Shown: positions 1-10,100 of the stretch, in pieces | How positions within the stretch are numbered: the stretch's first letter is position 1 | Layout: each line of letters opens with the position of its first letter | From: a virus | Virus record (IMG/VR): IMGVR_UViG_3300046787_000316 | Location: 73,365 to 137,364 of that record | Direction: 5' to 3' (one strand) | DNA: 64,000 nt | Made by a program: the position numbers and the translations under genes | The notes under the pieces: model-generated | What the model saw: only the letters and a program-made list of their open reading frames with translations | Told to the model about the DNA's origin: nothing | Databases searched by the model: none

Positions 1-44
1 TAAAATCTTATCTGTCTTTTTCATATTTAATTATTTGTAATCAA

Positions 45-76
45 TAAAGATACAACATTTTTTTGTAATTAACAAA
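45..76 (-). promoter_or_regulatory. Bacteroidota-type sigma70 promoter (TTTG-N20-TATCTTTA)
   Basis: Plus strand taaagata at 45-52 and caaa at 73-76, 20-nt spacer; upstream of an ATG at 22-24 (MKKTDKIL..., runs off the window). Confidence 0.65.
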
Positions 77-713
77 AATTTATGTAACAAAATCTATTAT
101 AATTTTTAACTTTTTCAACTGCGTGAAATGGATTGTGTTTTGTAAAATCTAATATAGCAACATTTCCAAAAATAGGTTTAACTATATTTGTATGTTCTAT
201 TATTAACTCACCACCATTACCCTCAATATAATTGTGGGTTAGATATATTAATATAACACAATTTGGCTTGTTTTCAGAATACGATGCATCTTGATGATTA
301 ATTAAGTAGCAGCCATCGTTATACATAGTTAGTTGTGATGAACCTTTGAATTCCGAATCGTAGAATGTTTTAAATATAGTTTCAGCCAATTTAGCCGATT
401 CATTTATATATTTAGGATAATCGAAGTACCAAATTTGGTCAACTGAATTATCCACACCATTGGTATAATTTTCTAATATATCATTCTTAATGATTTCCAA
501 CTCATCAAATGGTGCATCTAATATAGATGATTTGTATGGCGATTTCTTATTCAATTCTATAATAGAATTTCTCAAATTACGAAAAGATGAAGGTTTCAAT
601 GTTTCAATTGGAAACAATTTTTCTAATTTAAGAAATAAATCGTTATTTAATTCACTTAAATGAAATGAAACGTATCCTTTATTGAATAATTCGTTTTTTA
701 AAACAGATTCCAT
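69..713 (-). CDS. 2OG-Fe(II) oxygenase family protein
   Basis: HxD (INHQD), LIYL..GGEL strand, distal His (PFHAV) and 2OG-binding Arg (NRF). Confidence 0.8.
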   Translation of the reverse strand: MESVLKNELFNKGYVSFHLSELNNDLFLKLEKLFPIETLKPSSFRNLRNSIIELNKKSPYKSSILDAPFDELEIIKNDILENYTNGVDNSVDQIWYFDYPKYINESAKLAETIFKTFYDSEFKGSSQLTMYNDGCYLINHQDASYSENKPNCVILIYLTHNYIEGNGGELIIEHTNIVKPIFGNVAILDFTKHNPFHAVEKVKNYNRFCYINFC

Positions 714-1783
714 TGTGATATTATATTTTTTGTGAATATTTTATACATTCTAGCCGATACGTGTCCCAATGGACACCCATCATTATATAGTTCAATCAAT
801 TTATCTTCGGTATATTCCCCATCTACTCTTTGCTCCATAAATAATGAATTATTGTAGTTGGTATCTCTATTGGAATCATTTATATCATAATTACGAATTG
901 CCCATTCAATTACTCCACCAAATTTATGAATACCCTCTTCTTCATAAAACCAAAACGTATTCCAATCTACCATATTATAGTAATATTCCAAATATGGATT
1001 TTTAAAATAGCTCATAGAGTCATTATAGGTGTTTGGTATGTATTTGTTTTTTATAATTTCATACATTTCGTTATGCGGCGAATTCTCTGGCTTAAACATT
1101 GGGAATCCTCCACCATTTATACAATTTAAAACGTATGTATCTGAAAAGTTATTAGATATGTTGAACATCTTATATTTTATACCATTTGATTTAAAATACA
1201 TTTGTAACATAATGATTGTTTCTAAAAATACAAGCAATCTCTCTTCATACGAATGATAGTGTCCTAAGTTTAAATAAGCAAATTCTCTCATAGGATTTTT
1301 AACATGCTCCATTCCGAATCCACCTGATAGGAAATAGTATCCGTTTTCACCAATACTATTTTTTTCTTCTACGAAATCATTAATATGCGCATAATCATCA
1401 TCCCACCTCTTACCATGCTGTGGTAGTTTTAGTTTTGGATTTTCATTTATCTTTGATGGTGACACAAAATAACTATTTCTATAAAAAGATGACCATTGTA
1501 CTATAACCGAAATATCAGATGTATCAATTCCTTCTTTTTTTAATTTTTCGATTTTGTAAATTATATTTCTAGCTATTACTTGATTATCGTTTGTAACATT
1601 TCCCAAATTTATAACTTTCAATTCAGGGTTTGCTTCTTGAATTTGATGTGCGTAATAATTAAATTCATTCGAATGAGAATGCCTTGCCATATCATCTTCT
1701 TCCATAAAATTATCAGCGGTTACATCGATATTAATTCGACCTGCTCGTGTGAATGAGCAACCATTTGTAATTAAATATTTCAT
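698..1783 (-). CDS. SGNH/GDSL-fold hydrolase or acyltransferase-like protein
   Basis: N-terminal TNGCSFT, block II NLGNVTNDN, C-terminal GHVS. Confidence 0.6.
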   Translation of the reverse strand: MKYLITNGCSFTRAGRINIDVTADNFMEEDDMARHSHSNEFNYYAHQIQEANPELKVINLGNVTNDNQVIARNIIYKIEKLKKEGIDTSDISVIVQWSSFYRNSYFVSPSKINENPKLKLPQHGKRWDDDYAHINDFVEEKNSIGENGYYFLSGGFGMEHVKNPMREFAYLNLGHYHSYEERLLVFLETIIMLQMYFKSNGIKYKMFNISNNFSDTYVLNCINGGGFPMFKPENSPHNEMYEIIKNKYIPNTYNDSMSYFKNPYLEYYYNMVDWNTFWFYEEEGIHKFGGVIEWAIRNYDINDSNRDTNYNNSLFMEQRVDGEYTEDKLIELYNDGCPLGHVSARMYKIFTKNIISQWNLF

Positions 1784-2790
1784 AAGAATTTTGGTTTTAA
1801 AATATCAAAATAAAACTTTCTCCACATTAACGTAGATGGGTGTCCATACGATTTATCATTGAAGTAATTCTTAATATCCGTATCTGACATAAATTCCATT
1901 TCAAAATAGATATTTTTACTTAAATTTAAACCACTATCATCTACAATGTTCTCATCCCAATTACCCAAAGTCCATTCCAATGCTCCCCCACATTTGTGAT
2001 ATCCATCTATCTGATAATACCAAAAATCATTTTCAAAATCTATTAAATCTATTAAATAATTAATATATGGGTTATCCATAAACATACCGGCTTCCCAATT
2101 TTCTCCAACCAATTTATATTTAAGTAAGTTTGGTCCAAAATCTATAACCGGCTCTTGTGTTCTGTTATTTAAGTTATCGTATGTAGAAAATGAATTGGAT
2201 GTGATATTATTATTCATTTGAAAATATTTGTATTTTATTCCCAAACTTTTACAGAATGATGACATCATAATTATATTCTTCAACCAAGATATTATACGTT
2301 CTTCGTTTGAGTATTGATGTGCAAAATAATTAAACGTTATATCATTTAGTTTATCCAAATTATCGGTGCGATTGTATCCACCAGTTAGATATTTGAAACC
2401 ATGTTCATACGGATATCGTTTTTCTGAAATGAAATCATTGGTATGTATCCTATTAGTCATCTCACTACGGCTTACCATATATTTTGGTATATAGAATGAA
2501 TTTCTACTCAATGCAGACCACTGTATTATAACTTCAATATCAGTTGGGTTAATACCATCTTTCATTAATTTACTAATGGCATACATAACACTTTCAACAA
2601 TTGTACTATTATCATTTGTAGGGCAACCATAGTTATGAACTTTATAGTTATCCGATTCGTAATATTGTATCCACTCTACCCAAGTCCAACTTTCCATATT
2701 TTTATCAAACAATGGATACTCCGTTGGCATGTCGATATTTGGTTTTACTAAATTAGTAAAAGAACATCCAGATGTTACGAGGTGTTTCAT
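1780..2790 (-). CDS. SGNH/GDSL-fold protein (tandem paralog of 698-1783)
   Basis: TSGCSFT, NYGCPTNDN, IIQWS..SRNSFY shared with neighbour, C-terminal GHPS. Confidence 0.6.
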   Translation of the reverse strand: MKHLVTSGCSFTNLVKPNIDMPTEYPLFDKNMESWTWVEWIQYYESDNYKVHNYGCPTNDNSTIVESVMYAISKLMKDGINPTDIEVIIQWSALSRNSFYIPKYMVSRSEMTNRIHTNDFISEKRYPYEHGFKYLTGGYNRTDNLDKLNDITFNYFAHQYSNEERIISWLKNIIMMSSFCKSLGIKYKYFQMNNNITSNSFSTYDNLNNRTQEPVIDFGPNLLKYKLVGENWEAGMFMDNPYINYLIDLIDFENDFWYYQIDGYHKCGGALEWTLGNWDENIVDDSGLNLSKNIYFEMEFMSDTDIKNYFNDKSYGHPSTLMWRKFYFDILKPKFL

Positions 2791-3788
2791 TACAATTTAC
2801 TTTTATATGCTAATATTGATTTTGTAAGTCCTTCTTTCAAAGTAGTTTGTGGCAAAATACCATATTTGGTTTGTTTTTTAGAACCTAAACATCTAATGGC
2901 ATCTCCATTTGTTTTAGTTTCATCCCACACTATATTTTTCTCTATCCCACTTATTTCTTTATATGCTTCAACGATAGTTTCAATTGTTTCTTTAATTGTA
3001 ACTGCTTCGCCACATCCAAAATTGATTATGTCCTTAACTTCCTTTTTAACAACATCGATAGTCGCTTGAGCTACATCATCTCCAAATACAAAATCTCTTT
3101 TAGAAGAACCATTTCCCCAACAAATCATATCATCTCCTTCTACATTAAATAACTTCCATATATTAGAACTAATTACAGTAGCATCTTGAGCAAAATTATC
3201 ATTTGTGCCATAGATGTTAGATGGGCGTATTACAGTCCAATTATCCCATCCGTATTGAATCCTAAGCGAATCTAACGTAAGTTCTCCCATACGTTTTGTC
3301 CAACCTGGATGCCAATCTAATCGAGATGGAGTTGATGCCCAAGTTTCTTCTTGTGACCAAATATCTTCTTCGTGCATTACATCGGCTGGCGAATATACAC
3401 CAACTGATGAAAGATATACAAACCAATCAACTTTTGCATCAAATGATGCTTTAATCATATTGGTATTAAACATCAACATTGGGAATAAATAATCAGCAGG
3501 TTGCGTTGATGAACGAGCGGGTGAACCTTTTACTCCAGCAATATGTAATACTATATCAATCTTCTCATTTTCGAATAATTGTTCACAATGTGAAAGATAT
3601 GTTAAATCTGTTTGAACTAATATCAATCTATCTAAACCATATTTAGATTGTAGTTCTCTCAATGATTCGCCGATTTTTAAATCAACTGCCATTACATTAG
3701 AACCTTCTTCTAAACACTTTTCAATTGTTGGTAATCCAACCAACCCATTTGCTCCCGTTACTAAAACGTTTTTGCCTTTAAATTCCAT
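2790..3788 (-). CDS. NAD-dependent sugar epimerase/reductase (extended SDR, GDP-fucose synthase-like)
   Basis: VTGANGLVG Rossmann motif, HIAGVKG, RPSNIYG, RDFVFGDDVA; YxxxK site reads PGWTK. Confidence 0.8.
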   Translation of the reverse strand: MEFKGKNVLVTGANGLVGLPTIEKCLEEGSNVMAVDLKIGESLRELQSKYGLDRLILVQTDLTYLSHCEQLFENEKIDIVLHIAGVKGSPARSSTQPADYLFPMLMFNTNMIKASFDAKVDWFVYLSSVGVYSPADVMHEEDIWSQEETWASTPSRLDWHPGWTKRMGELTLDSLRIQYGWDNWTVIRPSNIYGTNDNFAQDATVISSNIWKLFNVEGDDMICWGNGSSKRDFVFGDDVAQATIDVVKKEVKDIINFGCGEAVTIKETIETIVEAYKEISGIEKNIVWDETKTNGDAIRCLGSKKQTKYGILPQTTLKEGLTKSILAYKSKL

Positions 3789-5097
3789 AATTTTTTATTT
3801 TTTGTAAACTATTTTCAAATACATCATACTTTGTAAAACTTAATAGATGATTCCTATTATATATACATATATTTTTCAATTCTAATAGTAGTTGATTTAG
3901 TTCAGTTATATCGAATTGAGATATACGAAGTATTTCATCGCATACCATTTTAAATCGTTTTTGAGAATTAGTTTCATTATCATATTCCTCATTTATATAA
4001 GGTGAGAATGTTTTAAATCCTAATTCTTGCATTATTTTTAAATGTCCATTTGAAGAAAATACAATGAAAGGTTGTAAATTAATAATTGGATGAAATGTTT
4101 TTTCCGAAAGGAATACTCTGTTATTTGTAAATGTAGTTTCAGTTACAATGTTAATAGCAGATTCCATATACAATGGCTTATAGTATATTTCGGAAGTTCT
4201 GAATTCAGATATGTTAATACGTTTATCCAAAAATTGAGTATCCAACTCCATTGGTATTTTATTAAAAAAAATGGAATCATACTCCATATATGACTGCGCA
4301 TCTACTTTCGAAAGCACCTCATTTAATTCATCTACATTTTTAGGATTGTGGCATACTAAGAAACTAAAATTACCAATATCCCATAGATTATTTTTTTCTA
4401 AAAATAAACCCAATGCATATCGATGTGGTCTATCAACGTGTCTATTCATTGAAATAAAGTGTTTTTGTTTTTTAGTATCAAATACACTATGGTCTACTAT
4501 TTCGGTAGTAAATTCAACTTGATTAGATTTATATGTTTTATTTCTTAATAATAGTTTTAAAGATTGTGCAGTATTTGCCAAAAAGAAATGGTCTGATATA
4601 TAATTTATATTAGAATTTGTTGGAATATTGTTTGCGCTTGTTAATATAAAGAAATTAGATGGATTTATGTTGTTATCTCTACAAAATGTTTCTATTTGAT
4701 TATTAAAAACAACATCGTATAAAGGTTCACCAAACCAATTAAATATTACCTTTAGTTGATTCGATTTTAACCTATCCAACACATTATCGGATATATTATT
4801 TATAAATTCATTATTGTAATATGGAACAGGTGTGTATGATTCGCATATATAATACAATACATCATCTGATATATCGGTGGTTTGTAAATTATGTTTAAAT
4901 ACATACCCAGTTGATAATGTGCCAGAAAATTTATTAGTTCTACGTTCTCTTAAAAAAGAATCCCAATTGTAATCTATTGAGCATAACGTATTGTATTCAT
5001 CTAATTCAATTTTGGAAAGGTTGTTTGGAAGTATTCTACCAAATTTATCTACATTTTCAAAGTAGAATTTAAAAGGCAATCCATTTACCTGTTCCAT
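3778..5097 (-). CDS. Putative glycosyltransferase (GT10/fucosyltransferase-like C-terminal half)
   Basis: SAINIVTET...FLSEKTFHPI...PFIV...LGFKTF motif resembles the ENS...TEK donor-binding region of GT10; context of sugar genes. Confidence 0.4.
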   Translation of the reverse strand: MEQVNGLPFKFYFENVDKFGRILPNNLSKIELDEYNTLCSIDYNWDSFLRERRTNKFSGTLSTGYVFKHNLQTTDISDDVLYYICESYTPVPYYNNEFINNISDNVLDRLKSNQLKVIFNWFGEPLYDVVFNNQIETFCRDNNINPSNFFILTSANNIPTNSNINYISDHFFLANTAQSLKLLLRNKTYKSNQVEFTTEIVDHSVFDTKKQKHFISMNRHVDRPHRYALGLFLEKNNLWDIGNFSFLVCHNPKNVDELNEVLSKVDAQSYMEYDSIFFNKIPMELDTQFLDKRINISEFRTSEIYYKPLYMESAINIVTETTFTNNRVFLSEKTFHPIINLQPFIVFSSNGHLKIMQELGFKTFSPYINEEYDNETNSQKRFKMVCDEILRISQFDITELNQLLLELKNICIYNRNHLLSFTKYDVFENSLQKIKNYGI

Positions 5098-5698
5098 AAT
5101 GTGGGAATTTTGATTTATAGTTGTAATATATTACATCCGATGGTATTTCTCTTTTTGTATTCCAAGTTGCTTCCGTTGGTGTATAAGTTGAAACATTATT
5201 ATCTTCTACTACGAAATATAAAGGTAAGTCAAAGTTTTTAGCATACTTATGTACTTCATAAAATATACCACTTTCAAAACTCATATCACCTACAAAACAC
5301 CAAACTTTTTCATCACTACCACTATCTTTTAAAGATTTGGCAACACCCAATGCAATTGAAAGAGTTCCACCAACAATTGCCGATGAATATAATTTTTCAT
5401 CCGAATTGCATAATGTGATTGATTTTCCTTTAAGGATTTCATCTTCAATCCAAATTGGACAAACACCTTTAAGTAATGCATGATAATGCGAACGCCAAGT
5501 TGAAAACACCCAATCGGTTGATTTTATTCTTTTGAATATTTCAATCAATTGCTCTTCATTTCCTTCCGATAAATGAATGGGGCCCCTAATCTTTGCATCT
5601 TCCCAATGCTTCACAATCATTTCTTCAAAATTGATTAAATCTTCCGAAGTGTATTCCACATCATTTACAATTGGATACTTATCGATATTCTGTATCAT
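5069..5698 (-). CDS. ThDP-dependent enzyme, E1-alpha-like subunit (short form)
   Basis: GPIHLSEGNE, STWRSHYHAL, ThDP motif GDMSFESG...VEDNN. Confidence 0.85.
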   Translation of the reverse strand: MIQNIDKYPIVNDVEYTSEDLINFEEMIVKHWEDAKIRGPIHLSEGNEEQLIEIFKRIKSTDWVFSTWRSHYHALLKGVCPIWIEDEILKGKSITLCNSDEKLYSSAIVGGTLSIALGVAKSLKDSGSDEKVWCFVGDMSFESGIFYEVHKYAKNFDLPLYFVVEDNNVSTYTPTEATWNTKREIPSDVIYYNYKSKFPHYGTGKWIAF

Positions 5699-6447
5699 AT
5701 TAGTTTTATTTCAGTTAACTTATTATATATTCGCTGTGCTACTTCCTTATGCCCTTCGATGGATAAATGTGGGTCTGGCACTGGACAATTTGGTATATCC
5801 ATTATTCTCATTTCATTATTACTAGCCCATGCTCCCAAATTATCACCATCAAATTTTATAAAATTATTTGCTTCATTAAATTGAGTTGGATTACCATCAT
5901 ACGAAAGCCATAATGTATCTATACCTTTTGATTTTAACCATAAATCATACATCTCAATATCTCTAATTAAATTATTCACAACATCGGTTTCATTGTAAAT
6001 ATATGATAAGTAATTAGTATAGTACTCATGTAATGGTTTGTATGCGTAGTTTCCTAAAAATGGTGGTTCTGAAAATTCAGTTCTATTTAATTTTATAAAC
6101 TCATTTGTAAAATCATAATAAACGTGCTGTCTAGTAAACATTGTCAACTGTCCTATCATTAAAACACGTTGAGTTGGTTTTGGATTTGAAAAGTATTTAT
6201 AAATTTTTCTAAAAATCAAATCATTAGATGACATCGATTCGGCAGTATTTATAAACTTACATCCGAATAAATTAGCCAAATATACTATGTAATTATTATC
6301 TTTTTTAAATTTTATAGTATCAGGATGCATGAACCCAATACTATCATCATTTATATTATTTATAAATTTATAAACGTTTGGATTATCCAGTCCACCACCT
6401 TCGGTAAAACTACAACCAAATCCTACTATTAAATCGTATTGCTTCAT
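5695..6447 (-). CDS. SGNH/GDSL-fold protein
   Basis: GFGCSFTEGGG, SSNDLI, C-terminal DPHLSIEGH. Confidence 0.6.
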   Translation of the reverse strand: MKQYDLIVGFGCSFTEGGGLDNPNVYKFINNINDDSIGFMHPDTIKFKKDNNYIVYLANLFGCKFINTAESMSSNDLIFRKIYKYFSNPKPTQRVLMIGQLTMFTRQHVYYDFTNEFIKLNRTEFSEPPFLGNYAYKPLHEYYTNYLSYIYNETDVVNNLIRDIEMYDLWLKSKGIDTLWLSYDGNPTQFNEANNFIKFDGDNLGAWASNNEMRIMDIPNCPVPDPHLSIEGHKEVAQRIYNKLTEIKLI

Positions 6448-6989
6448 CTATCTCTTTTTTGTAATATGGGATTGGTGGTAGGCCATTCCATTTGATATTC
6501 CGGGTCGTTCCATTTAATTACACCTTGCTCATTTGCATCTATATATTCTCCATTGTAAAATAAATTGTAATGAAACATACAATCGGTAAGTGCATAGTGA
6601 CCATTTGCAAACCCAGGAGGAACTAATACCTGTTGCCTGTTACGTTCGGATATGATAAATGATTCCCAATCCCCAAAGGTAGGCGAACCTTCTCTTACAT
6701 CCAAAACAATGAGGTATATTTCCCCAACAACGGCTTGGACTAACTTCCAAGTTTTAGTATCATAGTGTAATCCTCGTAATACGTTTTTGTAGGAACGAGA
6801 GAATCTACCGTGAATACTAATTTCTGATTTATCATAGTGAATATGATTCATTACTGGATGTTCCTCACTATGAAATGTAGTAAATATTTCACCCCTATAT
6901 TCTCTGTAAATAGATGGGGTAAAAATAGGTACTTCGTACTCAAATATTTTTGATGGAGTTTCTATAAACTCATTCCATTTATTACTCAT
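6444..6989 (-). CDS. rmlC: dTDP-4-dehydrorhamnose 3,5-epimerase
   Basis: NVLRGLHY, KLVQAVVGEI..IVLDVREGSPTFG, VPPGFANG, GVIKWNDP. Confidence 0.92.
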   Translation of the reverse strand: MSNKWNEFIETPSKIFEYEVPIFTPSIYREYRGEIFTTFHSEEHPVMNHIHYDKSEISIHGRFSRSYKNVLRGLHYDTKTWKLVQAVVGEIYLIVLDVREGSPTFGDWESFIISERNRQQVLVPPGFANGHYALTDCMFHYNLFYNGEYIDANEQGVIKWNDPEYQMEWPTTNPILQKRDR

Positions 6990-6990
6990 A

Positions 6991-7962
6991 CTATGTATTT
7001 TTTGCGTATCCTAATGGGAATCCGTTTCTAAACTCTGCTCCCATCTTAGGAACAATCATTTGGTAGGCTTGAATTAATTCAGTTATACCCTTATCCAAAT
7101 TCCAATGTGCTCTCCATCCAGTCGCTTCTATTTTAGCGTTCGATACAATGTAATCTCTTTTATCAGGGTCCTCATAAAAGTCGTTGTATGATACCGCAAA
7201 ATCCTTTACATGAGATTGTATCTTTTCTAATAACTCTTGCTTTGATAAATTGGCAGAACTTAATCCTACGTTAAATACTTCACCTTTGTAAGTATCATAT
7301 CTATCTAACATAAACATAAACACATTTGCTACATCCCTAATATGAATAAAGTTTCGTTTGAAATTCTTTTCAAATACAACAATGTATTTATCGGTAATTG
7401 CTTTGTAAACAAAATCGTTTACTAATAAGTCGGTTCTCATTCTTGGCGATACACCAAACACAGTTGCTAATCGGAATATAATAGCATCTGTTTCTTTTAA
7501 TAATAAATTTTCAGCTTCGCACTTTGTTTTACCATAAACTGAAATAGGGTTTAGTGGTGATTCTTCCGTACATTCCGTTTGTCCTTCGCCTATTCCATAT
7601 CCACTATTAGTATTTGGATATAATATTTTTTTACCAGTCCCCTTTGTGAATCTAACAATATTTTCAATTTGTGTATAATTTACATCCAATGCCAACTGCG
7701 GGTCGGCATCGCAAGCAGGGAATCCTACAATAGCTGCTAATGGAATAATAGCATCCGCTTCATTACAACACTTTTCCAATAATGTCGTATTACGGACATC
7801 TCCATAAATGAATTTGAATTTAGTTGTAAATGTATATTGTAATAACGATGTTTGATTGAATAATAATTTATCCAAAACAGTCACATGGTGTCCTTCATCT
7901 AATAACCTACCAACTATAACCGAGCCTAAGTATCCAGCTCCTCCTGTTATCAATACTTTCAT
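6991..7962 (-). CDS. NAD-dependent nucleotide-sugar epimerase/dehydratase (extended SDR)
   Basis: ITGGAGYLGS, LAAIVG, catalytic YGKTK, FRLATVFG, RNFIHIRDV. Confidence 0.9.
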   Translation of the reverse strand: MKVLITGGAGYLGSVIVGRLLDEGHHVTVLDKLLFNQTSLLQYTFTTKFKFIYGDVRNTTLLEKCCNEADAIIPLAAIVGFPACDADPQLALDVNYTQIENIVRFTKGTGKKILYPNTNSGYGIGEGQTECTEESPLNPISVYGKTKCEAENLLLKETDAIIFRLATVFGVSPRMRTDLLVNDFVYKAITDKYIVVFEKNFKRNFIHIRDVANVFMFMLDRYDTYKGEVFNVGLSSANLSKQELLEKIQSHVKDFAVSYNDFYEDPDKRDYIVSNAKIEATGWRAHWNLDKGITELIQAYQMIVPKMGAEFRNGFPLGYAKNT

Positions 7963-7963
7963 A

Positions 7964-8698
7964 TTATAATTTTTCTAAATCTTTACAAAATTTCATTAAG
8001 TGGTTGTTGTTACCTGTCATGTCCCAAAACTTATAATCAGTTTCGTTTTCAAAATTAAAACAACATAATAATCCTAACTCACTTTTATCAACTAATTGAA
8101 ATCCATGTTTATTTTTAGTTACAAGATTTGGTAAGTTTTTTCTGAAATCATTAACAACCGAGCCATCTAATTTTTTATTAGAAACTATAAAGAAATCACT
8201 ATAACATTCTTGCGACCAACTAAAATCTCCCTTAGTATCAGCTGAACCTATAAAGTATGGTGCGTTAACATAATCTCTTAACTTACCACCCAATGTTTCG
8301 GAATATACTAATTCATCATCAATCCATAATTCATAAGTAAACGTATCCCCATCCCAATTTAATGTAAATAAATGTGGTTCTGCCCAAAATTCTTCATCTT
8401 TATAGAACAAAATCTTATCGGCATATTTTTCTACCTCATCTTCCACATACCAAAAATTCAACATTAACATATCGGGTTTTCTATAAACGATTCCCGTATG
8501 TAATCCTCTTCTCATAAAGATTCCAGCCATATCATCTATTTTGGAATCATCTTCTCCTCGTTTCCAAGTTCCACTAATAGTCCAACTTGATTCATTCATT
8601 ACATAAAAAGCAGATGTATCAATAATCCCATAGGCGTTATGTGGCCACCAAGGCAAATCTGCTAATATCAATGGTTCTTTGTGTTTTATTTTGTACAT
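7964..8698 (-). CDS. LamG/concanavalin A-like lectin domain protein
   Basis: Beta-rich, ELWIDDELV, FIGS, ends WDMTGNNNH, the LamG-type D.SGN.NH signature also seen in the neighbouring GT7 fusions. Confidence 0.55.
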   Translation of the reverse strand: MYKIKHKEPLILADLPWWPHNAYGIIDTSAFYVMNESSWTISGTWKRGEDDSKIDDMAGIFMRRGLHTGIVYRKPDMLMLNFWYVEDEVEKYADKILFYKDEEFWAEPHLFTLNWDGDTFTYELWIDDELVYSETLGGKLRDYVNAPYFIGSADTKGDFSWSQECYSDFFIVSNKKLDGSVVNDFRKNLPNLVTKNKHGFQLVDKSELGLLCCFNFENETDYKFWDMTGNNNHLMKFCKDLEKL

Positions 8699-10098
8699 TA
8701 TAACTGTATTTCTTTTGTGAAATTATAAAATTCTTCTAATTCTGGGAATGTTTTACAAAAATCCGTTCCTCTTCTTTTGTCGTGTTCACTAAAGAATTTG
8801 TGGAAATTATATCTAGCTTTATGCAACTCCCCATTATCAATTGGAGATATCGACCAATCGTATGTTCTTTTCAATTTTTGTATTTCTAAATCGGAATACC
8901 CAACGTATCCTTTTGAATAATATGGAATCCCATAATAAAATGCTAATTGAGCTTGGTCAAATATATTTTGCTTAAATTGATGTGGTAGGATTTGTACCGT
9001 TTGATGACGAGGATGTCTTAGATATGATGTATCTAATAATACAGGCGATAACCAATATCTATCATCTCCAGCATACTCTCTCTTCAAATCATACACTCCT
9101 TTAATTAATTTATCAAAACTGAATACTGATAACATATTGTATGTTACCATAAATGTAATAGTGATTCTCGGAACTTCTCTTAAAATTCTATTTACATTAT
9201 TCCAAAAACGATTAAACTCTAATCCGTTACGGATATATTCAGCTTGCTCTCCCCAACCATCACACGAAGTAAATAACACAAATCCCTTTACTTTATCTTC
9301 TTCTGTAATTCTTTTTAATTTTTCGATTAATTTAGTTATAAGCTCATCGCTAACTCCTAAATTGGAATTGATTGAGAAATCTAAATTTTTATTAGGATTT
9401 GGTTCATCAATTATATAATCCAAAACTTTCCAAGTATCCTTTGATAACAATGGCTCTCCACCAGTTATTCTAAAAGTATGCAAATCTCTATACAAATCCG
9501 GCCACCATTTCCAAAATGCTTCTACATAAGGATTATGTTCTCTATGTGGAATTGGCATCTTTTGTTCAGCTGCAAGATGTTTTAAATCATTGAAATTATC
9601 AGTTGTATTATACCCACCATGTTGCTGAATCTCTTCCATCCATTTAGATGAAAAAGTAGGTGAACAATATGAACAAGCAAAATTACAAATGTTTGAGAAT
9701 GCAACCTCTACATATCTTGGATTAAAATCATCTCTCCAATTTGAATTTTTAATGGTTTCGAAATCAGGCCAAGACCAATCTTCGGATGATTTGAAAATTC
9801 TATCCGAATATAAATCCGAATTATCCTCAACTCCCCAACAATAATCACATTCCGTTGGCCTCGCACCGGACATCATTTCTTTTCTTTTCTGCTTCTTAAA
9901 TAAAGTATTATGAAGTGCAGATGGGTTTCTAGCAATCTCTGCTTCGGATACTTTGTGAGTATTAGGGTGGTGACAACTATGATTGTGACCGGTGTGTAAG
10001 TGAGTTGTAACTTGCGTCCATTTCGCTAAACACATTCCTTTACCAATGCCATCTAATGAATTTTTTACTTCTTCGTAAAGTGGTTTTTTATACGCCAT
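8698..10098 (-). CDS. Radical SAM protein with N-terminal twitch/SPASM-like domain
   Basis: CNFACSYC (CxxxCxxC), ITGGEPLL; N-terminal CLAKW...SCHH...ECDYCW. Confidence 0.9.
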   Translation of the reverse strand: MAYKKPLYEEVKNSLDGIGKGMCLAKWTQVTTHLHTGHNHSCHHPNTHKVSEAEIARNPSALHNTLFKKQKRKEMMSGARPTECDYCWGVEDNSDLYSDRIFKSSEDWSWPDFETIKNSNWRDDFNPRYVEVAFSNICNFACSYCSPTFSSKWMEEIQQHGGYNTTDNFNDLKHLAAEQKMPIPHREHNPYVEAFWKWWPDLYRDLHTFRITGGEPLLSKDTWKVLDYIIDEPNPNKNLDFSINSNLGVSDELITKLIEKLKRITEEDKVKGFVLFTSCDGWGEQAEYIRNGLEFNRFWNNVNRILREVPRITITFMVTYNMLSVFSFDKLIKGVYDLKREYAGDDRYWLSPVLLDTSYLRHPRHQTVQILPHQFKQNIFDQAQLAFYYGIPYYSKGYVGYSDLEIQKLKRTYDWSISPIDNGELHKARYNFHKFFSEHDKRRGTDFCKTFPELEEFYNFTKEIQL

Positions 10099-10100
10099 AA

